Of a stretch of 64,000 bases of DNA, positions 41,312-55,742 are shown piece after piece. The stretch comes from Eledone cirrhosa. Its lineage: Eukaryota. The position numbers and the translations under genes are program-made. Position 1 is the stretch's first letter, and every line of letters begins with the position of its first letter. The DNA is taken from assembly GCA_964016885.1 (NCBI GenBank), contig OZ024766.1, positions 12,958,001-13,022,000 of the forward strand. The letters run 5' to 3'. A model generated the notes under the pieces. It did not search any database and had not been told where the DNA came from. It saw nothing but the letters and a program-made list of their open reading frames with translations.

Positions 41312-42533
41312 CTGTGTTAGGAAATTGCGATAGGATGGCAATATTTATGCGTATTTGTGCCATAAGCTGTGTTAAGAGATGCTGAGATGAGACTTAAAAA
41401 AAGGGTCATTAGTGTAGATGGATATAGAGCACAGATACATGTTGATTTTCAATTTCCTGATTTCTTTAGATGTTCACATATATTGATGTGTATGATCATA
41501 TATAGATGTATATATGCGTGTTGAATGTGTGTCTATATATATATATATATACATAATTTCTTATATAGGATGTCAATATTTATGTGTATGTATTTGTACA
41601 ATAAACCTGTGTTAGGAAATCACCATTTCCCAAACCACCTGCCCACCCCACCTCTATCACCTCCACTATAAATGCCTGACACTGTATGCTAGCAACTTCC
41701 TCGTGTTTATAGCATCTTGAACCCAGTTCCACTCAGGGCAGTCACGGGTCGGATGAAGACTCCATAAGATGTAGTGTAGGCAACCCGCCTAGGAGAGCTA
41801 CCACTCCGAATAAATTGGTGCTGGGTAGAGAAGTCCCCTAAATCTAATAAGACGACTTCCCTACTGCTGGTGGCATGAATAAAAGCACCCAGTCCATGCT
41901 GTAACAGGGAGGTAATGGTAGTAGCATGCAGCTATTAAAAACCATACTAAACTATGGAGTGAAGAAGAACTCTGAGTCGAGTAAGACAACCTCTCAAGTG
42001 CTGGTAGCACAATAAAACCACCCAGACCATGCTTTAAAATGGTGGGGTGGATAGGGCCCCTGAGTCCAGTAAGACAACCTCTCTAGTGCTGGTGGCACAA
42101 TAAAACCACTTAGTCCATGCTGTAAAATGGTGGGGCTGGTGTTAGGAAGGGCATCCAACCAGCATATATTAATGCCAAAACAATTACGAAAACAACAAAT
42201 AATACACAGACACACACACACACACACTCACACACACACCTATATATATATATATATATATCAATAGTTCAACAAATATATGACTGAGAAAATATTTACC
42301 AGATTTTAAAACAATAGGAACTTGGGTCGATATGATAGACTAAGTGAAGCATTGCTCCAGCATGGCTAATGTCTAGTTACTGATACTGATAAAATATACA
42401 CACAGACACACGCCCACACACATGCACACATACACACTCACGTACACACACACACACATATATATATACATACATAATATAAATATATATATATATATTT
42501 ATATACATATATACATATATATATGTGCGTATG

Positions 42534-42571
<38 letters not shown>

Positions 42572-42577
42572 CACACG

Positions 42578-42635
<58 letters not shown>

Positions 42636-42685
42636 CTAGAAGTTTCTATTGTCTACGGTGTATATAAATATATGTATATATATAT

Positions 42686-43067
<382 letters not shown>

Positions 43068-44950
43068 GTATGTATACAAAATATTATTTACATCCTGTTC
43101 TGAAATATATATGTAAGGGTCATATAAAGATCATTTCATTGAATTACAGGCACCTGATTATTAAAAGTCTAAAGAAATCTGTCATAGAAGAAATTGTTAT
43201 CCTTCAGGTAAGATGTCAATTTTATTCACTTCAAAATTTGTCATATTGATTTCTCGGTAGCAAGGAAAATATTATTTTATATAATTGTAGATATATATGT
43301 ATATAGGAGATTAATCATTATTGAAAGGTTTCTATATTTGATGTTCTCGTTAAATTTTAATTAGTTCCCTACCTACCTATGTGTGCTTACACTCTTTACA
43401 AATTATCCCCTGTCATTGTTTGATATGTTTATTTTATATATATATATGTCAATCGATTTTTAATTGAATGCTTATAAATGCTTGGATCTATCCGTTAGAA
43501 TCTTTGAGCATATTTTAGAGATGTTATGGCACCCTTAATTTAATGTTGGTTATATATATGTATATATACATTTTTATATATGTGTATGCTTTATGGTATT
43601 CATTCTGGTCTCTGGTTTCAAATCCTGCTGGGGTCAATTTTGTCTTTCATCCTTTCAAGGTCGACAAAAAAGTACCAGTCAAATACTGGAGTTGATTCTT
43701 CCTCTACATCTCATTTCCTTTCTCTCACTTTCTCTCTTTCTCTGGAAGAAATCTGCCTGGAGAGAGATGGGCCCCAAAACTGTGGTAACATGTGGGTTTT
43801 GCATGGCCAACTGGCTGCCCCTCCTCATAGTGTTGCCACCAAATATGCTATAACACCCCACTTGCCGATTTTGCAATGGGTAACCCCTGCTTGCCAAGGG
43901 AGACGTAAGATCTTCTTTTTATTCTTTTATCGCTTCCTTTATTTCCTTCCCCCCTTCCCTCCTTAGTCCTTCTACCCCAGCTCTTCTCCTTTGTCGGCGT
44001 CTTTTCTCGCCCACCCGAGGCTGCCCTTTGGCCCCTTGTAGCCTTAGTACCCCCACCCTCTTCCCTAGTCTATGATAGATTTGGCGGACTCCGCCTTTTA
44101 TAGCAGTTGGTTTAGACCCCGGATATTTGCCCCCTTTTTCCGACCTCTCCCACTATTCTCCGTGCCTTCTATATTTCTTAGTGGCACTTATGCCTTATTT
44201 TCTCGTTTCAGTATTTCTTTCTTCGCTTTTCTTTTGGGCGGGGTGGATTCTGAATTTATTTTTCCGTATTCTACCTTTACTTCGTACGAACTTTCATGTA
44301 GCTTGTTTTAGATCTTTTAGAGTTAGCATTAGTATATATTTTTTTCGGGACTCAGAATTATTATCTCGTACTAGTTCACTTTGCTGCACTGGGTGGTTGC
44401 TGGCATTGTGCCTGGGATAGAAACCTTTATTATTTATTTCGTGGTAGTCTCTTTAGTATTTTGGCCCCATTTGTTGACCCGTCACCGTATCATTTACGTA
44501 CTTATACCTCTTAAAAGGGTTCTTGCCTATTCCGTCCCACATAGTTCATTTACTTATTTCGTTATTTCTTTATTTCTTTCTTTACTTCTTTCTTTCTTTC
44601 TTTCTTTCTTTATTTATTTATTCTAGCCTAACAATAGCTAGAGACCTAGGTCGTAGAACTTGCTTTACTTTTTTCTTTACACTTATCCGCTTTTCTTCAC
44701 TCTCAGTATTTTTTCTTTCATATATATTTTTACCCCCCATTGTTCTACCTACCGTTCCGACTCCCCCCTCCCCAGTATCTTCTTTGACCTCATGCCCAGC
44801 TGTAGCTGGCACTACCAACGCTTGATTGGGTCTACTCCACCCCCTCCCCTCTTTATCCTACTGGCAGGTTTAGCCACCATCTCCCCTACTAATTTGCAAT
44901 CACAGAATTACTACTGATTTTTGACAATCACTTTGACCATATATGGAATT

Positions 44951-45044
44951 ACCCCTTGAGAAGATCGGCTATTTAAATACCAGGATAAATTTTCATTTAG
45001 TCCAGAATTAGCCGTCGAAACGGCTTGAGCTCAGCTGTCGGGGT
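44951..45044 (+). ncRNA. Type I hammerhead ribozyme with U3-A8 core variant
   Basis: ACCCC-TTGAGAA-GATCGGCTATTT..AATTAGCCGTC-GAAA-CGGCTTGAGCTCAGCTG-TC-GGGGT: 5-bp stem I, long stem II, near-palindromic stem III, GUC site. Confidence 0.75.
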
Positions 45045-45135
45045 CTTACTGGTTCCTATTACCCACTCTACTACCCCAAGTATTGAGTACTTTGGTGCGT
45101 TATGGTCCACCTGGTTCCTTACCACATTTCCTTCG

Positions 45136-45194
<59 letters not shown>

Positions 45195-45272
45195 TATATA
45201 TATTTATATATATATATATTTATATATATAAATATATATATATATACATATATATATAAATATATTTATATA

Positions 45273-45696
45273 TGAATATAGACATAGAATATTCGAAAAT
45301 ATTCTGTATGTTTACAATAAACATTTTGAAGACCTAATCGCTATAGAATAGAATACGTCACGTATTACAATTAGATTCTCGATAAAAGCAAGGGAAGTAA
45401 GTCTACGCATTTATTCCAATTTCTAATTTCTGCCGGACCGGCAACCGCTCTTTCAAACCAGTTCCTGTACACAGCTAAGTATTCTATAAGTCTCTAGCTG
45501 TGTCATTCTCGATAAAAGCACTGGATATGTAGTCCTGATGAATTCTAACAAGAATGAAACGCGTAGACTTACTTCCCTTGCTTTTATCGAGAATCTAATT
45601 GTAATACGTGACGTATTCTATTCTATAGCGATTAGGTCTTCAAAATGTTTATTGTAAACATACAGAATATTTTCGAATATTCTATGTCTATATTCA
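45273..45696. mobile_element. Fold-back element with ~136-bp inverted arms and an HHR; probable Penelope-like pseudo-LTR
   Basis: 45273-45408 is the reverse complement of 45561-45696; flanked by (TA)n. Confidence 0.75.
45531..45569 (+). ncRNA. Minimal type I hammerhead ribozyme
   Basis: AGTC-CTGATGA-ATTCT AACA AGAAT-GAAA-CGCG-TA-GACT: all helices pair perfectly, palindromic ACGCGT stem III, GUA site. Confidence 0.85.
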
Positions 45697-45883
45697 CATA
45701 TATATCGCTATTTCAGAGCATTTATTCCAATTTATATTTATATATATAAAATATATATATATATTTATACAAGTTAATATAAATTAATATATTTGATAAA
45801 GGACTGCCTGAGTTTTCAACTCATATTTCATAGTATATATTTATATATATATAAATATATATATATATTCATATATATATATA

Positions 45884-45917
<34 letters not shown>

Positions 45918-45934
45918 AATATATATATATATTG

Positions 45935-46557
<623 letters not shown>

Positions 46558-46560
<3 letters not shown>

Positions 46561-46666
46561 ACGAAGGAAATGTGGTAAGGAACCAGGTGGACCATAACGC
46601 ACCAAAGTACTCCAGAATTAGCCGTCGAAACGGCTTGAGCTCAGCTGTCGGGGTCTTACTGGTTCC

Positions 46667-46668
<2 letters not shown>
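46558..46668. mobile_element. Rearranged (inverted plus forward) fragment of the 44951-45140 HHR family
   Basis: The first part is the reverse complement of ~45085-45139; the second part is identical to 45001-45059. Confidence 0.75.
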
Positions 46669-46705
<37 letters not shown>

Positions 46706-47102
46706 CATCATCATCATCATCATCAACGTTTAACGTCCGTGTTCCACGCTTGCATGGGTTTGGACGGGGGTAGTCCCACTTGAGGCAAGAGTGATTGTCT
46801 TGCTCGCATAGGACTGTCTGGCAGGTTTTCTACAGTTCGATGCCCTTCCTAAAACCAACCACATTTACAGTGTGGGTCTGGGAGGTTTTTACCGTGTTGC
46901 CTACACGGCCACATTACAGCGTGGACTGTGTGTTTTTTTTGTCGTGACACCTACACGATCTCATTTATTTCGGCCTGGATGGCGCGGCACCAACATAACT
47001 TTACATAAAACGGGGTGGTGTGGATGGGGTGGGGGTGGGGGTGGTGGGACGGGGTGTATTTTGTTAGAGATGCCTACTGGCTGGAGTAGGTTTTACTATG
47101 TA

Positions 47103-47161
<59 letters not shown>

Positions 47162-48251
47162 TATAAAGATTTTACCAGTTCCAAACGAAGCAAAATTGAG
47201 TAAAATGTTACGTTTCAGAGGCAGTCCTGGGTGCTAGGGAGTGGACTAAAAAAAAATTATTGTTTTTGCTGGGGTTGTCAGCTCCCTTGTGAAGTTCAGG
47301 ACTTCCCGCAGCTCAGCATAGACACAGAGGTGCGGGAAGTTGACCACTTAACCACCACCCAGATTACTACTACCATAGGTGATTCACCCCAGCCACCAGC
47401 CCCACACCATCTTAGCTGCCAATATGATACGGTCACAGAGAGTTCAATTCAGCCACAGATTTGTTGTTTACTGCTAGCTTCGGTGTTCGGCAGAATTCTG
47501 TGTTTCGGTGTGTTGTAGTAGCATTCAGTTATTAAAAAGCATGCTAAACTATGGATTGAAGAAGAGCCCTGAGTCCAGTAAGACAACCTCTCAAGTGCTG
47601 GTGGCACAATAAAACCACCCAGTCCATGATGTAAAATGGTGGGGTGGATAGGGCCCCTGAGTCCAGTAAGACAACCTCTCTAGTGCTGGTGGTACAATAA
47701 AACCACCCAGTCCATGATGTAAAATGCTGGGGTGGATAGGGCCCCTGAGTCCAGTAGGACAACCTCTCAGCCACCAGTCCCCCACCATCTTAGCTGGCAA
47801 TATGATACGGTCACAGAGAGTTCAATTCAGCCACAGATTTGTTGTTTACTGCTAGCTTCGGTGTTCGGCAGAATTCTGTGTTTGGGTGTGTGTGTGTCCA
47901 CCTCCCATTTATGGCGGGATAATATACCGACCAATAACCGCAAAGGGAGAATACAATTTAAAGCTATGGTTTTCTGACTTTTAATTTTTGAAATTTGAAA
48001 TGTTTAAATTTTTAGATTTTTGAAGTTTTAAATTTATAAATTTTGATCTGTAATTTTATTTTCTAATGATAATTAATATTAACGATAGCATTAACCCTTT
48101 AGCATTTACATTACTATTATATTTTCATGGTGAAGGCTTTTTCTCACATAATTATCTCACATAATATGGAATTTACAAGATTTTGATTGGTCAGTATATT
48201 CTCCCTCCATAAACAGATGGTGGGGAAGTACACACCCAAACACAGAATTCT

Positions 48252-50590
48252 GGTGGAGGTGGTGGTGGTGATAATGGTAGTGGTGGTGGCAGTGGTGGTG
48301 GTGGTGGTGGTAATGGTAGAAGGTGGTGGTGATAGTGGTGGGTGTGGTGGTGGTGATAGTGGTGGTGGAGGTGGTGGTGGTGGTGATGGTGGTGATAATA
48401 GTAGTGTTGGTGGCAGTGGAGGTGGTGGTTGTGGGTGTGGTGGTGGTGATAATGGTAAAAGGTGGTGATGGTGGTGGTGATAGTGGTGATGGTTGTGGGT
48501 GTGGTGGTGGTGATAAAGGTAGAAGGTGGTGGCAGTTGATAGTGGTGTGGTGGTGGTGATAATGGTAGTGGTGGTGGCAGTGGTGGTGTGGTGATAATGG
48601 TAGAAGGTGGTGGTGATAGTGGTGGTGGCAGTGGTGGTGGTGGTGATGGTAGTGGTGGTGGTGGTGATGGTGGTGGCAGTGGAGGTGGTGGTGGTGAAAA
48701 TGGTAGAAGGTGGTGATGGTAGTGGGTGTGGTGGTGGTGATAATGGTAGTGGTGGTGGCAGTGGTGATGGTTGTGTGTGGTGGTGGTGGTAGTGGTGGTG
48801 GCAGTGGTGGTGGTGGTGATGGTAGTGGTGGTGGTGGTGATGGTGGTGGCAGTGGAGGTGGTGGTGGTGATAATGGTAGAAGGTGGTGATGGTAGTGGGT
48901 GTGGTGGTGGTGATAATGGTAGTGGTGGTGGCAGTGGTGATGGTTGTGTGTGGTGGTGGTGGTAGTGGTGGTGGCAGTGGTGGTGGTGGTGATGGTAGTG
49001 GTGGTGGTGGTGATGGTGGTGGCAGTGGAGGTGGTGGTGGTGATAATGGTAGAAGGTGGTGATGGTAGTGGGTGTGGTGGTGGTGATAATGGTAGTGGTG
49101 GTGGCAGTGGTGATGGTTGTGTGTGGTGGTGGTGGTAGTGGTGGTGGCAGTGGTGGTGGTGGTGATGGTAGTGGTGGTGGTGGTGATGGTGGTGGCAGTG
49201 GAGGTGGTGGTGGTGATAATGGTAGAAGGTGGTGATGGTAGTGGGTGTGGTGGTGGTGATAATGGTAGTGGTGGTGGCAGTGGTGATGGTTGTGTGTGGT
49301 GGTGGTGGTAGTGGTGGTGGCAGTGGTGGTGGTGGTGATGGTAGTGGTGGTGGTGGTGATGGTGGTGGCAGTGGAGGTGGTGGTGGTGATAATGGTAGAA
49401 GGTGGTGATGGTAGTGGGTGTGGTGGTGGTGATAATGGTAGTGGTGGTGGCAGTGGTGGTGGTAGTGGTGGTGGCAGTGGTGGTGGGTGTGGTAGTTTAG
49501 CTGGTGGTGGTGGTGATGGTGGTGGTGGTGGTGGTGATGGTGGTGGCAGTGGAGGTGGTGGTGGTGATAATGGTAGAAGGTGGTGATGGTAGTGGGTGTG
49601 GTGGTGGCAGTGGTGATGGTTGTGTGTGGTGGTGGTGGTAGTGGTGGTGGCAGTGGTGGTGGGTGTGGTAGTTTAGCTGGTGGTGGTGGTAGCACTGGGC
49701 ATGGTGTTGGTAGTGGTGGTAGTAGTATTTATAGTAGTAATAATATTGGTAGAAGTGGTAGTAGTAGTGGTGGTGGGGGTAGTTTAGCTGGTAGTGGTGT
49801 TAGTAGTAGTAGTAGTAGTAGTGGTAGTAGTTGTGTTGGTAGTAGTAGTAGTTGTAGTGGTGATAGTGGTAGTGGTGTTAGTAGTAGTAGTGGTGGTGGG
49901 GGTAGTTTAGCTGGTAGTGGTGTTAGTAGTAGTAGTAGTAGTAGTGGTAGTAGTTGTGTTGGTAGTAGTAGTAGTTGTAGTGGTGATAGTGGTAGTAATG
50001 GTGTTGGTAGTAGTAGTAGTTGTAGTGGTGATAGTGGTAGCGATGGTGGTAGTGGTGTTAGTAGTAGTAGTGGTGTTAGTAGTAGAAGTGGTGTTGGTAG
50101 TAGTGGTAGATGTAGTAGTAGTAGCAGTAGCAGTAGTGGTGGTGATAGCGGTGGTAGTGGTAATAGCAGTAGTGGTAGTAATGGTGGTGGTGGTGGTAGT
50201 AGTGGTGGTGGTGGTAGAAGTGGTAGTGATAGTGGTGGTGGTAATAGCAGTAGTAGTAGTAGTAATGATGGTGGTAGTAGCAGTAGTAGTGGTAGTGGTA
50301 GCACTTGTAGTAGTAATGGTGGTAGTAGCAGTAGTAGTAGTGGTAGTAGTAGTAATGGTGGTAGCAGCAGTAGTGGTGGTGGTAGTAGTAGTAATGGTGG
50401 TAGCAGTAGTAGTGGTAGTAGTAGTGGTAGCAGTAGTAGTAGTAGTAGTTGTAGTAGTAGTAGTAATGGTAGTGGTAATAGTAATGGTAGTAGCAGCAGT
50501 AGTGGTAGCAGTAGTGGTAGCAGTAGTAGTAGTTGTAGTAGTAGTAGTAATGGTAGTGGTAGTAGTAATGGTAGTAGCAGCAGTAGTGGG
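48252..50590. repeat. (GGT)n/(AGT)n simple repeat with a 173-bp higher-order period
   Basis: Identical blocks recur at 48771, 48944, 49117 and 49290. Confidence 0.92.
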
Positions 50591-50616
50591 AAGAGGAAGT
50601 GGAGGACATTCTAGAC

Positions 50617-51986
50617 CAAAGCTTCTCAACGGGGGGGCATATGCACCCCCGGGGGGCGTTTTGGAGCAAGGTCGCGTTAGGAGGGGGGGGGGACGTTTGT
50701 AGGTGTGGGAGGGGGTTGGGGGGCGTTGGTTTTTTTCCAAATTTTAGGATCTCAATTACCGGTTAACGTCTCAATTACCGGACATGCCTGCACACCTGCG
50801 GTCAGACTATAGGTATGCTGTCTGCAGCTGTGAGCAGGTGTGCAGGCATGTCCGGTAATTGAGACGTTAACCGGTAATTGAGATCCTAAAAATGGAAAAA
50901 CCCACAGTCAACTGGGTCAAAGACACTTTGAGCGCAGACAGTTAGAATCTTGTCTGAAATTATTGACTCAACCGTAACGAGTTAACACTATGTAGATCTA
51001 TTTTATTCCCTATTGTATAAATAATATTACAAATAAAAAAAAAGAAAAGAAAAAAACAGAAGCGAGTAGAACACACATCTAGGACCACATACAACACATA
51101 ATCAGATAATACACACATCTAGGACCACATACAACACATAATCAGATAATACACACATCTAGGACCACATACAACACATAATCAGATAATACACACATAT
51201 AGGACCACATACAACACATAATCAGATAATACATACATCTAGGACCACATCAACACATAATCAGATAATACACACATCTAGGACCACATCAACACATAAT
51301 CAGATAATACACACATCTAGGACCACATCAACACATAATCAGATAATACACACATCTAGGACCACATACAACACATAATCAGATAATACACACATCTAGG
51401 ACTACATACAACACATAATCAGATAATACACACATCTAGGACCACATACAACACATAATCAGATAATACACACATGTAGGACCACATACAACACATAATC
51501 AGATAATACACACATCTAGGACCACATACAACACATAATCAGATAATACACACATCTAGGACCACATACAACACATAATCAGATAATACACACATCTAGG
51601 ACCACAAACAACACATAATCAGATAATATACACATCTAGGACCACATACAACATATAATCAGATAATACACACATCTAGGACCACATACAACACATAATC
51701 AGATAATACACACATCTAGGACCACATACAACACATAATCAGATAATACACACATCTAGGACCACATACAACACATAATCAGATAATACATACATCTAGG
51801 ACCACATACAACACATAATCAGATAATACACACATGTTTGGAATATTGTTAATCAATTTTTTAGTAATCTACTGATATAAAAATCAGTAGTATATTGAAA
51901 AAGTGAAACAATATGGTGTTGGGGGGCGTTCCGTGGTTTCGAGGGACAAAAGGGGGCGTTTGGCCTAAATGGGTTGAGAACCTGTG
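50617..51986. mobile_element. Non-autonomous hAT (Charlie/Buster-like) element
   Basis: TIRs CAAAGCTTCTCAAC / GTTGAGAACCTGTG and an 8-bp TSD TTCTAGAC at 50609-50616 and 51987-51994. Confidence 0.85.
51071..51835. repeat. 40-bp minisatellite, ~19 copies
   Basis: Unit ACACACATCTAGGACCACATACAACACATAATCAGATAAT. Confidence 0.95.
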
Positions 51987-52735
51987 TTCTAGACAAACCC
52001 TCCCTGTCATTCCAAAAGGAAATAAGTGATGAAATCTGAGCCTGTTTGAAAAAATTCAACACTTTGAACTCTCTACAAAGATGAGGGCAGACCTTGGTAG
52101 AGGTGAACAATCAGAGCTGTTCACCCTGAATCTATTAAGGCTTGGGGATGGAACACTTCCTGTAGATAGAAAAGGGCAGTGGATTGGCAGTATTTGTAGA
52201 GAGTCGGACGCCATGCTGTGAGGCATAGAGTTACAACCCTTTATGGTTTGAGTTAAAACCCCGCCAAGGTTAATTTTGCCTTTCATCCTTACGGAATCGA
52301 TAGAATAAAGCACCAGCAATGCACTAGGGTAATTGCTGGCCTTGTGCCAAAAGTAGAAACAATACATCTATCTATATATCTATCTGTCTATCTATCTCAC
52401 CTCAGTAAATTCGCTGAAAGATGAGTGAATGTGGCGAAAATGTCCCGAGTGATATAAACCTGTAGGTTGAGGAAGATAAACAGAGGGAAGACGGGAACAC
52501 CTACAAAACGTGTTCCTGGTGTTGAGGGTTGTTCTATCCATGGGGTGTAAAACAACCCTGTAGTAACGTTCCCCCCTATTGGGGATTTCAATTGTTATTT
52601 TATTATATATAGTTTATTGTTATTTATTAATGTTAAAGTTATATGATTTTTATGTAAAATCCCCGCCGTCACGTCTTGTAATGTCCCATTTTTGTGCACC
52701 CCTGTGGCAGATAAAGATATCTATCTATCTATCTA

Positions 52736-53601
52736 TCTACTACTAAAACTCTGTTATTGCTTGCTTATCTGTAATCTAAACTATAAGGAAGGCCTGCGGG
52801 ATTGCGTACGATTTTTTTAGTTTTATCCCGTTTGTAAAATAAGTTGGGTTACCTTGAATAAATAATGAATGAATATTACATAATTTATCTACTAAATTTC
52901 GTGGCTATTCATTAAATATATTTTGTTTATTTAAAGATTCACTTCTTTAAAATTTTCAAATGTCAACACTTCCTGTTGGCCATCGCTAAAATAAACATAC
53001 TAATTTTCCGTCACTAATTTTCTCCTAACGCAGTTTATATATAATATCGTCTTTTTTAATGTATCATGGATTACGTTACTTATTACATAAGACAGTGTAA
53101 CGCAGTCTTCGTTCAATTTCTATGTATTATATATTGTCAATTATGATTTTATTTGATGTATCATATCTACATGTATATATATACCTGCATATAATATCAA
53201 TATACACACTACACATGCTAGCAGAAAACTACCTGAAGTGTGGTTTTTCTGCTAGTGTAATGTAATACAACCAAAAGGGCACATAATGGGAAAATAGTTT
53301 GAAAGGAAGTTGGCCCTGAAATGGGAATACAAATGTAATAAAACAAGTTTCACATAAATTGGAGCACAGGTTCCCGAGATACGGAGTTTTTCAGCGTACC
53401 TTCATAAATAGAGAGTGAGAAAGATAGAAAGAGATAGTGGTTGTGAAAGAGTAGATTGAACGAGAGACATAGAGAGAGGGAGAGGAGACAGAGGATGGAA
53501 GAGAGAGAGCTGGTGGTGTTGTTGAATGAAATTATAACCAGAGACTTCAAAGAATTGAATTACAACATTACTGTCTCTTGCTGAATAGGAAGAGTTTCTA
53601 A

Positions 53602-53663
<62 letters not shown>

Positions 53664-54061
53664 CTGTCTGTCTGTAACCAGTGTATAGAAGTCACAGACA
53701 CCCACACACACACACACACTTATATATACACATATATATATATATATATATATAACGAAGGAGTTGTAGTAAGGAACCAGATGGACCATAATGCACCAGA
53801 GTACTCAATACTTAGGGTAGTAGAGTGGGTAATAGGAAGATGTATGACCCCGACGGCAGAGCTCAAGCCGTTTCAACGTCTATTTCTGGACTAAATTTAG
53901 TCCAGAAATAACCGTCGAAATGGCTTGAGCTCTGCCGTCGGGGTCATACATTTTCCTATATATATATACATGTCTGTGTATATATACATGTCTGTGTATA
54001 TTTTAATTAAGTAAAAATTATATTTAAGTGTACGTGACCCAACAGGTCACTGGAGGTCTAG
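52736..54061 (+). mobile_element. Probable non-autonomous Helitron
   Basis: A|TCTACTACTAAAA 5' end; 3' hairpin GTGACC-caaca-GGTCAC followed by CTAG|T. Confidence 0.55.
53752..53959. mobile_element. Fold-back fragment of the 44951-45140 HHR family
   Basis: Palindrome 53832-53959 centred on ctaaa|tttag; the arms contain GAAA-stem III-GTC-GGGGT. Confidence 0.75.
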
Positions 54062-54291
54062 TATATATATAAAACAACAAGTGTAAGTCAACAGGCTAAA
54101 ATTAACTTTGTTTATTCATATTCACTGTTATATATATAATTGTTTCTACTTTTGGCACAAGGCCTGCAATAATTCCAGTGTATTACTGGTACTTTATTTT
54201 ATCGACCGCGTAAGGCAAAGTTTACCTCGGCGGGATTTGAGCTCAGTCCGTAAAGGGACATAACTGTACTGCAAACGATTATATAACAACA

Positions 54292-55580
54292 ATGACCACA
54301 TCAGACAGCTAGATGACCACACCTGACAGCTAGGTGACCACATCAGACAGCTAGATGACCACACCAGACAGCTAGATGACCACACCAGACAGCTAGATGA
54401 CCACATCAGACAGCTAGATGACCACATCTGACAGCTAGATGACCACACCAGACAGCTAGATGACCACACCAGACAGCTAGATGACCACACCAGACAGCTA
54501 GATGACCACATCAGACAGCTAGATGACCACATCAGACAGCTAGGTGAGCACATCAGACAGATAGGTGACCACATCAGACAGCTAAATGACCACATCAGAC
54601 AGCTAGGTGACCACATCAGACGGCTAGGTGACCACATCAGACAGCTAGATGACCACATCAGACAGCTAGATGACCACATCAGACAGCTAGATGACCACAT
54701 CTGACAGCTAGATGACCACATCTGACAGCTAGATGACCACACCAGACAGCTAGATGACCACATCTGACAGCTAGATGACCACACCAGACAGCTAGATGAC
54801 CACATCTGACAGCTAGATGACCACACCAGACAGCTAGATGACCACACCTGACAGCTAGATGACCACATCAGACAGCTAGATGACCACACCAGACAGCTAG
54901 ATGACCACATCAGACAGCTAAGCTAGATGACCACATCAGACAGCTAGATGACCACACCAGACAGTTAGATGACCACACCAGACAGCTAGATGACCACACC
55001 AGACAGCTAGATGACCACATCAGACAGCTAGATGACCACATCAGACAGCTAGATGACCACATCAGACAGCTAGGTGAGCACATCAGACAGATAGGTGACC
55101 ACATCAGACAGCTAAATGACCACATCAGACAGCTAGGTGACCACATCAGACGGCTAGGTGACCACATCAGACAGCTAGATGACCACACCAGACAGTTAGA
55201 TGACCACACCAGACAGCTAGATGACCACATCAGACAGCTAGATGACCACACCAGACAGCTAGATGACCACATCAGACAGCTAGATGACCACACCAGACAG
55301 CTAGATGACCACACCAGACAGCTAGATGACCACAGGAGACAGCTAGATGACCACACCAGACAGCTAGATGACCACAGGAGACAGCTAGATGACCACACCA
55401 GACAGCTAGATGACCACAGGAGACAGCTAGATGACCACACCAGACAGCTAGATGACCACACCAGACAGCTAGATGACCACACCAGACAGCTAGATGACCA
55501 CACCAGACAGCTAGATGACCACACCAGACAGCTAGATGACCACACCAGACAGCTAGATGACCACACCAGACAGCTAGATG
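54292..55580. repeat. 21-bp minisatellite, ~61 copies
   Basis: Unit GACCACA(T/C)CAGACAGCTAGAT; a 5-nt insertion near 54920. Confidence 0.95.
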
Positions 55581-55742
55581 AAGTAAAGCTTACTTCTGAT
55601 ATTTTGATATGCCCCATCTCGAAGTATGGTGTTGTTTTCTCAAAGCACTGGTCGCATATAGTGCTCTACCCTGCATACTGAAGTGTCGCTAATTACCCCA
55701 AAAATACTCAAATTAATATTATATATATATATATATATATGT

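Noticed and set aside
41740-41850. ggcaacc..ctaggagag motif (also at ~39770) as a twister or HDV-like ribozyme
   Set aside because: It looks like a retroelement-derived repeat, but I could not fold the required pseudoknots by eye.
48157-50740. His/Pro/Thr/Gly-Ser-rich long ORFs
   Set aside because: Simple trinucleotide repeat open in several frames; the 173-bp period shifts the frame.
54194-55617. WSSSCLV repeat ORFs (-) or an LDDHIRQ heptad frame (+)
   Set aside because: 21-bp minisatellite with a 5-nt frameshift, no start or acceptor on +, and adjacent to a SINE fragment.
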